DNA of 64,000 nucleotides from Thalia democratica (Eukaryota): NCBI GenBank assembly GCA_965202585.1, contig OZ241829.1, positions 12,648,001 to 12,712,000 of the forward strand, read 5' to 3'. Shown piece by piece: positions 1 to 12,330 of this stretch (position 1 is its first letter; each line of letters starts with the position of its first letter). The notes under the pieces were generated by a model. It saw only the letters and a program-made list of their open reading frames with translations, ran no database searches and was not told where the DNA came from. The position numbers and the translations under genes were made by a program.

Positions 1-37
1 TACTGATGATAGTCTTTTAGCTCTACTATTACACCAC

Positions 38-3000
38 TTTTCCCCACTTGTTAGGGAAGTTACCTGCTTGATTCTGTATCATGACATGATCACCGCAATT
101 CAGTAAAGGCAACAATCTTGTGTGCTCACTTAAATTTTTGAGAGACTTAACATAACGAGACCTAAGAGCTTCTTCCTTTTTACTCCATGCGTTACGCTAA
201 ATGTTTAAGACCTGTGGGTTATTGTAAGCCATAATACTCTTCCTGTGGTAAGGCAATGAGTCCTTTAAATTTCGTCCCAGAAGGATCTGTGCAGGTGATA
301 GTTTGCATCCTGGATCAGGCGTGTTTCTCTGCGTAAGTAAAGCTTGTACCATTTTGTCATTATTTAGTTCACCATTTGAACCTACATTCTCCATTAACAA
401 TTGCTTAGAAGCCTTTACTGCTAATTCCGCCCTACCATTTGACACTGGATAATATGCAGATGACATACGATGGTGTATACCATATCGTTTCAGAAAATCT
501 TTGGTAACTTTTGCAGAAAACTCTGGACCTCCATTAGATGATATTTCAACTGGAACACCAAAAGTCACAGAAATACGACGCAAAGCTTTACACAGCCCTT
601 TTGAACCAGAATCATTTGTACCCAATTCGATTCTTTGTTGTTCTGTCCATCCTGAAAGTCTGTCGGCAGCTACAAAATAATACCAACCTTTGAACTGAAA
701 ATAATCACAAACAATTGACTCAAAAGGAACCTTTAGAATCAATGGTTCAATTGGAGGTAGGCGAGGATTGCTTGGTGCAATTAAGTTACAACTGTTGCAA
801 TTTTCCCGACAACCTTGAATGTCATTTGTTATTTCCGGCCAATAAACAATCGATTTTGCTCGCTCGATCATTGCAGTAACTCTTTAATGAGCAGAATGCA
901 ACACTTTTAAAACCTCTTTTCTTAATGATGGAGGAATAACAATTCTATACACATCATCCTGAAGTATACTGCTAGGTGATAGAAGCTTATTATGATCAAG
1001 TTCTCGTTTACAATCACTACACATAATGACCCCATCCATCATAAACAAAGAATAGCGAACTATCCAAAACTCATGCAATTCTAATGGTAGGTGGTCTTTG
1101 GTCTCTGGAAAACAAGCTTGGACATAATGAATAAGCTTCATCATTTGTTTATCTTTTAAAGTTTCTTCTTTAACTCGGTCAAAAGTCACAGCTTGAAAAT
1201 TGTTACCTACTTGATTACTTGCAATGATACACTCACTGTCTGGCAAACGTATTCCAGCTAAAATTTCAGAAGCACTTATCTCAACTTCATCTTTTGTTTT
1301 ATGTATGGTTTCCACTGGATGACGTGACATTGCATCTGGAGCAAGGTGTAGTTTACCAGGTTTATGTAGAATCTTGAATTGCCATAAAAGATTTCTCTGC
1401 TTTAACCAGAAAAGGCGGGGGTTTGTATTTTCATCAAGTGTTCTGTCTCCAAATAATTTAACCAGTGGTTTGTGATCAGTCAGAACCAACAAATTATCAC
1501 ATCCTTGTGTGAAATACCGTGATTGCTCAAGTGCCCATGCAATTGCAAGGCTTTCTTCCTCTACCGCAGCATAACGTGATTCAGAAGGTCTAAGAAAGCG
1601 AGAGCCTGCTAAAACAATACGCCATCCAGTTTGACAATATCCTGGCACAGCAGACTTACAAGAGCAATGTTTTTGCGACAAAAAGTAACCAATACCAGTT
1701 GTAGACCAGTCTGGCTGTATACAAGTGGGTTTTCCCAAATCAAAAAATTTGTATTCCCTTTGTTATGGCTGCAACTTTAGCTTCTCTTGATTTGTAGAAT
1801 GTGTCATCTAGCTCATCATTCCAGTAAAATTTAGTTTTTGGACTTAATAATGGTTTAAACACAATCATCAAAGAAGTTAATTGGTTGTAGTGTGAAACTT
1901 GGTGCACTAAACCAAACCATGATCGCACATCTGTTATTGACTTGGTTATAGGAAAATCTCTTATAGCATTTATGAACTTTTCTTGTGGCTTAATTTCAGA
2001 TTTTGTAATATTAAATCCAGCAAAATCTATTTCTTTTTGTGCAAATTGAAACTTTTCAGGATTGAGTACAACTCTATTTTTTCCCATTAAATCTAAATAG
2101 TCAATAATACGCCACCAATGATCTGTTAACTCCTCATCCCATAGAACAGTGTCATCAACGCATTTTGTCTTTTTAGGTATGTCTATTATAATTTCATCAT
2201 ACCTGCGCGTAAATGCATCTCCACTTGCCAAATAACCTTGTGGTGCTACTTTGTAGAAGTACCTTCCCATGGAGTAAGAAATGTTGTGAGATGATGATCT
2301 TCTGGACGAAGTGGTACTGAATGAAACCCATTCCATGCATCGGTCACACTTTTCCAAGTGTTTGCAGGAATTTCACATACTTGAATGAATGGAGGCTTTA
2401 CATGATGTGTTTCTCGTACACAATACTTATTTAAAGGTGAAAGGTCAACAACTCTTCTACAGCTATAATCAGCTTTAGCAACCACAACCATACGATGTAC
2501 CCAAGTAGACGGAACACCAACTGGAGTCTTACCAAGTACACCTAATCAAGTATCCCTATCCAAAGTTTCTTTTACCTCATTTTCCCAATGTTTTGGAATT
2601 GGGGAAGCAGTTGATATTGCTTTTGGAATGGCATCCGGGTCAATATGAATTTTCAAAGGTGGACCTGTCATTTCTGGAAGCAATTGGTTAGTACATTTAT
2701 TAAATGTAGATGATGCGTACCTATCTAAAAGCCATTCTCTCATCTTTTGATTGTTTGCAGGAATGCAAGCAAATGGTAACTCCTTTGGCCTATCAGGGGG
2801 AGGAGTTCTAGGTATACAATCACAAATTTGCAATTCTTCATGGACAGTGCAGGATTCAATGGTCGCACCAATACGAGGAAAATCATGATTTATGCCAAGA
2901 GTTATGCAGGCATTTCTTGAAAGAAAAAACCTGTCAGTACATGGGCTGATATATGCCATTTCTTTTGCAACATGAACTTTACCTTGTACATCTTTAGCCA

Positions 3001-4284
3001 TTAATTCCATAAATATAGCACCAGTTATTTTGATCTGTTCTCTGTTGGCCGCTAACATTTTCCTTTTAACTGGTATAAGATTTGACTTCTTAAAATTATG
3101 TTTAAGGTAACTACCAAGGTCCCATAAGCATGACTGTGCACCCATATCTGTAACAACGTTAATTTTGCAACAATTTTGTCTAGGGCATTTTATATTCATC
3201 TGAGTGTATGCTTGTTTATCAATAGAAGCTTTTAATTGAACTGTTGGATGTTTCAGTGACACTGATGCTTTCCATCCATTCAAACAATCAAAGACGTAGT
3301 GATCAAGTTTTACTACACTATCATTAACATCAACTGCCTCATTAAAATTTTGTGTATGTGATCCACCGACTAGAAGTGCGTTCGTCTCATCTGCACATTT
3401 GTTGTCACCATGGTAATCTTTTTTCCTGGATTTAATCCAGCATTGTTTACAGGTAAAACACTCAATATACTTGTTACTTTTTCTGCTCCAAATAAATTTT
3501 GTAGATATTTTACTACATATATTACAAGTTATTTTACCACTTGGTCTTTTTGTAATTTTCCTTAAGGATTTGTACGAAGAAATTGAAGCCGTAACAGCAG
3601 GTTGTGTCATTGCATCACGTGCCATCTCTTTTGCTTCAATAAAACCAATTGTCTCATTGACATCTTTCTCGTCTAAACTGCCCCATCCTTACACCTCTTT
3701 GCGTATATCCTCATCAGCTAAACCGTTTACCATGACATCTTTAAGGATAATGTCTGTGAAATCTATCATTTGGTTACAGCCATCCTTTGGGCATTTACAT
3801 GTGTACGAGCATGTACTAGCTTTTCACTTTAAACGGGCAGCAAATGATCTAGTGTTTTCAGTCAAATCCTGTCTTGTACTAAGAAAGTCTGATCGTCGTA
3901 CAACAATTGAAACAGGAATAACTGCAAGCTGCTTGATCATCCTCAAAAGCTCTTGCTCACTTAAATTTACTACATCATTATGTCCCTTCAGAATAGCATC
4001 GCCTAGATCTTCCTCACAGCACTGGTACAGTTGACGATGCTTTTCTACCTCTGTCATTTCCATACTGTCTTTAAAAATGGTCCACTTTTGCAAAAATATA
4101 TTCCAACCCTCTTCATTACAGTCTCTCCCTATTCGAGGACGTCCATCTTTGGAGGCTTTGGTTTTGAAGAATTTGCATTAATGTGAACGTTGTTGTGAAT
4201 GATAAGTAAAGAAGCAGCTACAGTAGCATCATGGTCTGGTTTTTCATATGTGCAACACTTAAGAGGGCATTTAATCACAGGCAT
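38..4284 (-). mobile_element. Degenerate Ty3/gypsy LTR retrotransposon internal region (gag-PR-RT-RNaseH-IN) with frameshifts and stops
   Basis: Minus-strand ORF pieces in order: gag start MPVIKCPLKCC at ~4284; protease-like DMGAQS (2546..3625); RT VDLSPLN/DAWNGFHSVPL (2246..2491) and PQG...CVDD (1740..2357); RNaseH with DHKPL (884..1738); integrase core (197..871) with the usual SSDGGPEF changed to SSNGGPEF. Purine tract GGGGAAAAG at ~38-46 is a possible PPT. No LTR pair could be matched. Confidence 0.92.
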
Positions 4285-4951
4285 TGTAGATTCAATTCAG
4301 CTAGATTTTATCATAAATAAATATATCCTTCTTTGTTGAATTTATTCACAAACTAATTAAAAGAATGATAAAATCTGTACAAAAAAAATAATGAAAGCTA
4401 GGTAAATACTTATACACTTATTACTTGTTAGCTTTGTACTCTACTGATGAGAATGGCTCAAAATATATTTAGTGTTTTTGAATTTGTGTGTCTTGTGTAA
4501 CTTATTGTACAATTACTGGTCACTTATGTACCAATTTTGTTTTACAAGAAAAAGAGGTTTATGCTTTTTTTTTCAATTCGCCAAGAAACGCGCCTGTGTT
4601 AAACAAATAAACAAACTTGATCTGATTACAAAAGTTTAATATTTTAGAAAGTAAATATATTCAAGCTTCATTATAACAACTAACAAAATCAATGGATTTA
4701 AAATAAAGTTTTTTTTTATTATTAAAATAATTTCTTATTTAAAAACAATATGTTCTGTTTTGTATTAGCTTTTTATATTAGCTTATTTTAAAGAGCCTAT
4801 AGCTAGAAATTGTATATTTAAAAACTGTTAAGAAAATCGAGGTAGGAATTTTTTTTTACATGTATAGTTTTTAAATTACAATAATAATCTGTATTTATAC
4901 TAAAAACTCTATTATTTTCAGGTATTAACACTTACAGTAAAACTTAAAATA

Positions 4952-5932
4952 ATGAACTTACATACAAACAACGGGAAAAATGGATACAAATACAAGTGTA
5001 AAAAGCTTGGTTGTGATTCAGATGAACGCAAAATTATAAAAGATTTTTTTAAGAAAACAATTGCCAATTCAAAATGGTGGAAGAAATCAGCTGATTTTAA
5101 CGTCTACAAGATTCTGGAGAGCATTCCAATAAAACCATTGAAAGAAAAACGCAACAATCTAATGTTGTTTCATGGCACAAGTAGTAGAGGAGTTAAAGGA
5201 ATACTCACAGAAGGTTTTAGAAACTCTGAAGAAGGTTGGTTTGGAAAGGGAGTGTATATGACTGACTGTTCAGGAACTGCCTTTGATTATAGTAGTATTT
5301 ATAATAAAAAAATATATATTTTTGTCAACGAGGTTCTACAATCACATAAACTAAAAACATTCAAGCACAAAAATGATAATTATATGGATTTAAACGATTT
5401 TAAACCCGAGTACTCATTTGAAAAACATTTTTACGAGGGAAACCTGCAACCAACTAAGGAAGATTACAAGGAAGATGCTTTAGGGAGAAGGTACAGAAAC
5501 GTTGCAGTAAGTTATTTAAGTGCATTTGCAAGTTATGCAAGTGCAGATGATGAATATTTAGCAGATGAAAGTCTCGTAGTTCCGAGATACTTAATTGTAG
5601 TCGGTTCTACACCGGATTTTTTGAACGAATTCAAAGCTTCAGAAGTTGACTCTAAACTGAATAAATGCGAACCTTTGAATCTTGGCTATGAACTGAATAG
5701 AGGTAAATCTTTGAGTATTGACTCTAAACTAATTGAAGGTGAATTTTCTAATTTTTACCATGAAATAATTAAAAATGAATCTTGGTACATTAAATACGAA
5801 GAGTATAAAAATAAACTTCTTGGTATTTTCTGTCAGCAGATTGAAAATGATTCTTGGAACGATGATCATTATGAAGACTTGATCTTTCGCTTAGTTATAG
5901 TAATGAAATTAGTAAAAAATAATACTATCTAA
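4952..5932 (+). CDS. PARP-like ADP-ribosyltransferase catalytic-domain protein (326 aa, single coding exon)
   Basis: Intact ORF with LFHGTS, FGKGVYMTD, DYS and DEYLADE in the spacing of the H-Y-E triad of diphtheria-toxin-like ARTs, followed by an unassigned C-terminal region of ~110 aa. A tttcag at ~4916-4921 suggests an upstream non-coding exon. Confidence 0.75.
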   Translation: MNLHTNNGKNGYKYKCKKLGCDSDERKIIKDFFKKTIANSKWWKKSADFNVYKILESIPIKPLKEKRNNLMLFHGTSSRGVKGILTEGFRNSEEGWFGKGVYMTDCSGTAFDYSSIYNKKIYIFVNEVLQSHKLKTFKHKNDNYMDLNDFKPEYSFEKHFYEGNLQPTKEDYKEDALGRRYRNVAVSYLSAFASYASADDEYLADESLVVPRYLIVVGSTPDFLNEFKASEVDSKLNKCEPLNLGYELNRGKSLSIDSKLIEGEFSNFYHEIIKNESWYIKYEEYKNKLLGIFCQQIENDSWNDDHYEDLIFRLVIVMKLVKNNTI

Positions 5933-7799
5933 CTGTGTTTGTTGCAGTTGGCAAATAAAGTTTTCTATTAGTGAGGTTTATAAAAACTTTTTGTTGCTTA
6001 TAAATTTAATAAATTTTATCAACATCAGTTTACTATGTTAGTAGTTTTTAGTAACCATCATATTTTTTTAAATAAAAATTTGATTTTCTATGTAATAAGC
6101 TTAATAAAACTTTAATTTTTGATTTTATAAAGAGTTAGTCATTTTTTTATATAGTAGGAATGCTATTTATTTATTGATAAATAATTTTGTTTTTAAAACC
6201 TTTTTTTTTAAAGCATCTCTACTAAACTAAAAGTATTCGGTAGTTTATCTAAATATTTCAGACTCCATGTTTTTTATATATTATATATTATATTCTAAAC
6301 TTTTTGGTACATCTTTATTAAAAATAAAATTTTTTGTTTGTGAGTACAAAAGGAGACTAATAAAAAATATTGACGTTAAATTGGCTAAAACATCCGTTAG
6401 ATTAAAAATAGCAAAAAAAAAACAATTTTTCTAAGGGGCCACCTCAAAAATCTATACCCCAATCCAATGGATTTTTTTAGTTAAAGGAAAAGAGCTAAAT
6501 ATAGCGTTCACAACAAAAAAAATTTTAGTTAGTTTTAAAGATAAGGAAAATAACTGGATCTAAAATTTGGACATTTAAAAAAAAATGCTAATCGAGCTAA
6601 ATTAACGCTGGTTCTTTCATGTGGTAACAAAAATATATTTGTCGATAAAAATAACCTTTCAAAAATTTATATCAGAGCTGAACTTTAAGCATTTACTTCA
6701 AGCTAAACTAAAAAATTCAGTCTTTAACAAAATCTAAAAAACAATCAGTTTTTTCATCGTTTAAGCTTGTTTTGATCATAAGGTACCTATTAAGATCTTT
6801 ACTGAACTATCCAATTTTCACCTGTTATATTTTTAAGTTAAAAATTAATCTAAATAATGAATGGTAGTTTGTTCGAAAATATTAAAACTTTGACCAAACT
6901 GTAAAAAAATCTAACTGCTTTGTTAGCCTTTAAACGTTTTTATATTAAAAGTTAAAAGCTAAATTTCTTCCAGTTATGATTGATAACAAAAGCTATTTAC
7001 AAAAACATTTATCATAAATAACTGTAGGAGAAGATTTATATTTAAATGGTAAGTTTAATTTAACTCTTGAAAAATATGAACTTTATTATTTAAAAAAACC
7101 TTTACATACTATATAGATTATAGAGTTTAGGGCAACTTAGGTTAAAGAGATCATAATAGGCTACCAGGCAAGAATCTTTTGCCCTCAACATATAAATTAA
7201 ACTTTGTGCAAATCAAACTAAACTATTTAACTTTAATCTGTTAATTGTAAAATAGTGCTTTAAGGTTTAAGTTCTTTAAAAGGCAGCAGATAACTCTTTT
7301 AAACATCTTCGAATTAATACCTACAATGTAGACAAAAGCCCTTAAATATTATTCAAACCTTAATCAAGACAAATAGATTAAATATTACTTTAACTTGCCT
7401 TATATAGACCTGTATTAACAAAACTATTATGTCATCTTAGTATAATAATCATTACTTTAGATTAATTGAACTTATTTCTAAGAAAAATAAAATCAAATGT
7501 GCTACTTCGAGATAAAGCAATATTTTTTGTATTTGTTCATAGATTATTTTGTCTGCCTATAAGTACTTACTATAACAGCCAAATAGGTTTCTAACTAATA
7601 AGTAAGTTCGAATTATTTTACAATAAGCCTAACCATTTTATAAATTGTTAACCAATTAAAGGCATATTTTACATTAAAAACCTACATATCTCTATGTGTT
7701 TAGATATATTTATTTATTTATTTACTTTTATTACACAGTTGTTACTCATCTATTCATAAAGGGGAAAATTATGATATTTTAAAATGGTCTTATTACTTT

Positions 7800-9040
7800 A
7801 AATACCAATTCAGTAAGAAACACATTCTACGTTTAAAATTTATTCGCATGACGACGTTTCGACTTTCAATAAGTCATTATCAACAAATTACTGTGCAAAA
7901 TAAATAAAATTAGTGATAAACAACTAAGTATACAAAAAAAAAAAAAAATTTCTAAGTGATACATTATATAAAAATTTTATAAATTAAGATTATAAACTCT
8001 AATACAAAAAAAACATTTTACATAAGTACTAACAAATTGTTACACTAATATATATCAAACTAATCAAAAATTCTTAATGTATGGTTAATACCCGGTTTAA
8101 TTAATTGTTTATTTAAAATTGGATTATAGCGTTTAATTAGTAGAGCTTCACTTATTAGGGTCTCAAATTTATTTCTACATTCTTTCAAAATTCCAAAATT
8201 ATTAGCAGTTATTTTTTCATTTTTACACACATTACAATTGCTAATATGGTCCGATACCGATGTTTTGCCCTTTAAATGTTCTTTAATTCTTTCTGCTAAT
8301 GGTCGTGAAGTGAATCCAATATATTGGATACTCTTATCATAAGAGCATTTGTACTCATAGACCACGTTTGATTTTAATTCATGGGGTGTCTTATCTTTAT
8401 TACTAAAGTAATTGCTTACTTTTGTTGTGGTAAAAATTACTTTGAATTCTTCGATGTAGTTGTTTAGAAGCTTTTCTAGTTTCTTTTTATACTCGATACT
8501 AGGTTTTCCAATATAAGGTACCTTTACAACATTTTTGAAGTCTGAGTTACTTAGTTTTTGTTTAGTGCAGTCTTTATTAATATCAAGAGATCTTTCAATT
8601 ATGTCATCAACAAATTTCTTTGGATATCCATTCTTAAAGAACTTTTCTTTTAAGCTTGTGATTTCTTGTTTGTAAATGTTATGCGTAGAAGCTATAACTC
8701 TCGCTCTGTTTACAAACCACAGTATTAGAGCTCTTTTCCATTTAATTGGTGCCACTGCACTAAAATTTAAAATGACATCTGTATCAATTTCTTTTTTATG
8801 TACCTTTGTTGTTATTTCCTCTCTCTTTAGTTTGATATTAATGTCCAAAAATGGGAGTTCGTTTCCACCTAATTCATATGTGAAGCTGATAGACTTGTGT
8901 AGTTTATTTAACTTTTTGTGGAATTTTTCGAATGAGACATCTTTTCGGAAGATACAGAATATGTCGTCGACATATCGAAGGTATAAAACTGGATTATTTT
9001 CATCTTCGGTGTTAAAGAGACTTTTTTCCAAATATATATT
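7800..9040 (-). mobile_element. 5'-truncated Penelope-like element (RT C-terminus plus GIY-YIG endonuclease)
   Basis: ORF 8060..9031: YLRYVDDIF RT motif, LPFLDI, then VYEYKC...YIGFTSRPLAERIKEH GIY-YIG motif. RT N-terminus is missing. Confidence 0.9.
7846..7890 (-). ncRNA. Degenerate minimal hammerhead-ribozyme-like motif in the PLE 3' region
   Basis: Minus strand reads TTGATAA-T-GACTT-ATTGA-AAGTC-GAAAC-GTC, matching the CUGANGA/stem II/GAAA/NUH layout with two core changes; stem I pairing is not evident. Confidence 0.4.
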
Positions 9041-11248
9041 TGGAATAATTTAAAAATCAAAAGTTGAACGGACCTTATTTTATTAAGTTAAAAACTATAA
9101 ACTTACGCTAAATATTCTGGAGTATAACGAAGAGCAAAAAAGTTTTATGTGTTTTCAATGGTAGTTTTTTGTGGAGGGGGCCGCAGCTATTTTAGTTTCT
9201 TTAAAGAGAGCAATTTGAAAAAACAAACTTGAGAAGCCTTGTCTTAGATCAACTCAGACTAGTTCAAATATTCAAAAAAAAAACTCAGACTTGTTTAAAT
9301 TTTTAATAAAACACAATCTAGATTTGATAATACTACTAAATCTCAGGATAGTTCTGTTGATAAAGTTTTTTTATTTAAGCTGTTTTGTCATTGTTTTAGA
9401 TTCAAGGCACTATAAAAAAGGAAGTTAACTCATTTATTGAAGTAATTCGATAGTGACATGGAAAACTTAGACATAACTAAACTTTATTGAATTTTTTTAG
9501 GTGCTAAAATTGTAAATTAGAAACAAATGATAAACTATAGATATTGTTAGCTGTTAATCTTCAAAAGCGACTAACTATAAAACTCAATATTCAGAAACGC
9601 AATAAACAATAGCACATCACGTGTCTGACACACCAATACGGGCAAGAAACTGTTTACAAGAATTACCAGAAGAAATGTAACCTTCACCGATTTCGTGGTT
9701 CTTTAGTGAATTTTTTATTGGTTCTTTAGTGAATTTTTTTGTGTCAAAATTTTTCTTCAACAAAAATAATAAAGTTAAAGTACATAGTCGTAAGTTAATA
9801 TGGAGTAATGAGCGCACATACTTAATTTTTGCAGAAATACGGTGAAGTTATGTTAGGTAAATTTGAAAGATATAAATATGTTGCAGGCATTTAGTGGTCG
9901 CTGGTCAAATTTCGTAAATAAAAATATTCGTTAGCCACTGTTCTCGGTTTTCTTCTCAATAATATACTCGAAATATTTATTGTAAGTTTTGGAACCTCCG
10001 TGAAACTAAGAACTTTTATTTCTTTGCCATTCACTTTGAAACCGAATTATCTTTTACAAGCTTCGATATTATTTATTTGCGAGCCACAAATTGCGTGCAT
10101 GTCAATTATTACATTTAAAGGGCAGCAGTTTGCCGTCTTTGACCTAGTAGATATAGTGAAAATACTACTAATAAATAAGACGAATATAAGTATAAAGCTC
10201 AAGAGGAACAGGAGTAAATTATTAAAAAATTTATAAACTCTAGCTAAGACGTTTTGCATGTTAAAAAATAAGCTGTAAATAAAAACGAATTGCTTCCCTG
10301 TAAAAGCAAATACAAAATAAAACAAACAAAAGGTCTCAATAATAACAGTTTTTACGTGTTCTTACTGCTAACGGTGTACTAAACTATAACTTGAGGTGCA
10401 CGATTTTTTTGTTCGGAGTTTAATGGAGCACAGACTGTTTTTAGAATAAATTCCACTAGTTTATAGCAAGTAAAGTTAATAATTAATGTATTTTAAAGTT
10501 TTTCTGCAATAAAATATGTTTTTTCAAAATGTCTTAGAATTACGTTATCAATTTTAAAATGACTAATTAAAAACTAAGTACAATTTATTTTCTAATTTTT
10601 ACTTACATTTTTCTAAGTAAGATTGGATAACTAAAGAAAGTTTAGATTTTGAAAATTTTAAGCTTGTTCAAACTATCTTTCCATAAAACAAAGAGTATAG
10701 CCGTGTTTTAACCTAAAGTTTTACCAGTTAATACTTTTGTATTATATCTTCCAAGTATTAAATATATTTTGAAAGCGTAGATGTGTACTTGCTAATATTC
10801 AAGGACCTAATGATCTTACACACTGGTTCATGTGTTAACCAATGTTGATAGTTTAATTTAGTTTAATTTAACTTTCATGTTGACTTAGTTATAATCTACT
10901 TAATAAATCGGCTGATGGTCTGTACTGTTAAACAAAATAGTGAAACAAATATTTTAGATAAAACCGTAGTTTACAATTATATACCATAACCTACAATTGT
11001 AGAGAGCCTTTTAAGCTCAACTTTTTTAAAATTGGAAAAGTTTATCTAGAAGAAATTAACTATAATAATACAACTCTAAAACTTTTTTTCTGAATTTATT
11101 ACATAAAAACAAATTGCAAAACATTTTTTTAACTAGAACAAAATATATTAATTATAAGGTTAATTTACATAAAAACAAAAAGGCGTTCAAAAAAGAAACA
11201 AAATGTCATTAAGTTTTGGATTTGGATAACTAAATTTGCGTGCATATT

Positions 11249-12330
11249 TTACCACATTACTGACAACTCCAAACCCACATCCTTGAGAAAAGCACCGACA
11301 ATAAAAATCAAGTGAAGAGCAAAATCTACGTTTTCACAGGGCGGGTCAGAAAATTTAAACTGCAAAAACAGTTTGTTCTGCTCATTCAGAAAGCCACGAC
11401 AAAGTTCCGCATAATCATCGAAAGATGTTCTTCCGTTCAAGTGGAGAGCCAGCATTTCGAGTTTCGCCAGCGGTGGAATGTACAGTTCAAGCCAACGTGC
11501 AAGTTCTTGAAAATGATCCACGAAGTGCATACGCAGGAAATAACCATCAGACTCGTTTTCAGTGAAGAAACATGTGAGATAATCCACGTAAAAACCCACG
11601 CTGAACTCGTAAAACAGTCTGGCACATTTGTAATTGTTGATAAGATGTTTAGGCAAGCTCATCTTCCAACTGCTCAATTGTCTGATATTCGAAGCAGCAA
11701 GGTCAAACAACTCGTCCGTAATTGGTTGCTGTTCTGAAAAAATCTTGAGATGTAGAAAAATATTTTTGCAGAATCCTGTCAAAAGTGTTAAAACTTTAAA
11801 AAGGTCGGCAAGCCTGCTCAAAAGTTTACTCACAGCTCGAGCGTCAAAATCCAGTTTCTTCAGCGTTAGATTCCTGCTTAATTTTGTGTTTTTGTTCGGT
11901 TCCTCAATTATTTCAGCTTTTAACAGTTCCATGGATTTAGAAAGGTTTTCGGGCTGCCTTGCGCTGGACTAGGACGATGCTCTGTCAACTCGCCGACATT
12001 CATAATAATTCGCATCTCCCTTGCAAGCTTTTCCGAGGTAATCTGATTCGCCAGTGACGGTAAGACTTTTTCAAGAAATTTAAGCTGAAATCGCAAGCCT
12101 CCGTTCATCACTTGGTCAAGCAACAAATCTTCCGCAGCCTCTCTTTGCTCAGCAGCCAGCGTTACCGATGATCGGTTTCCTGGCTCGTCTGCCCCGTTCG
12201 ATCCGAATGGCTTCCTGCCTGTACCTTTGATGAACTGTGGCGATGACTTGTTAGAAGCTGAAGTTTTGTTCACCAGAGAAACATTGCCTGCATTCAGGAG
12301 AAACCACTTTTTTTCCTGTTTTTCACTCAT
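11249..12330 (-). pseudogene. Intronless orphan coding region split into two overlapping ORFs (136 aa and 227 aa); frameshifted gene or bicistron
   Basis: GC-richer island in AT-rich flanks. ORF2 ATG (11932) lies 13 nt inside ORF1, in the -1 frame, and that frame is open for 12 more codons upstream. No recognisable domain. Confidence 0.5.

Noticed and set aside
4300-4620. 5' LTR of the gypsy element
   Set aside because: Only a short TCATCAGTA match to the window start; no TG...CA boundary or PBS could be supported.
11920-11975. Programmed -1 ribosomal frameshift joining the two orphan ORFs
   Set aside because: There is no X XXY YYZ slippery heptamer in the overlap window.
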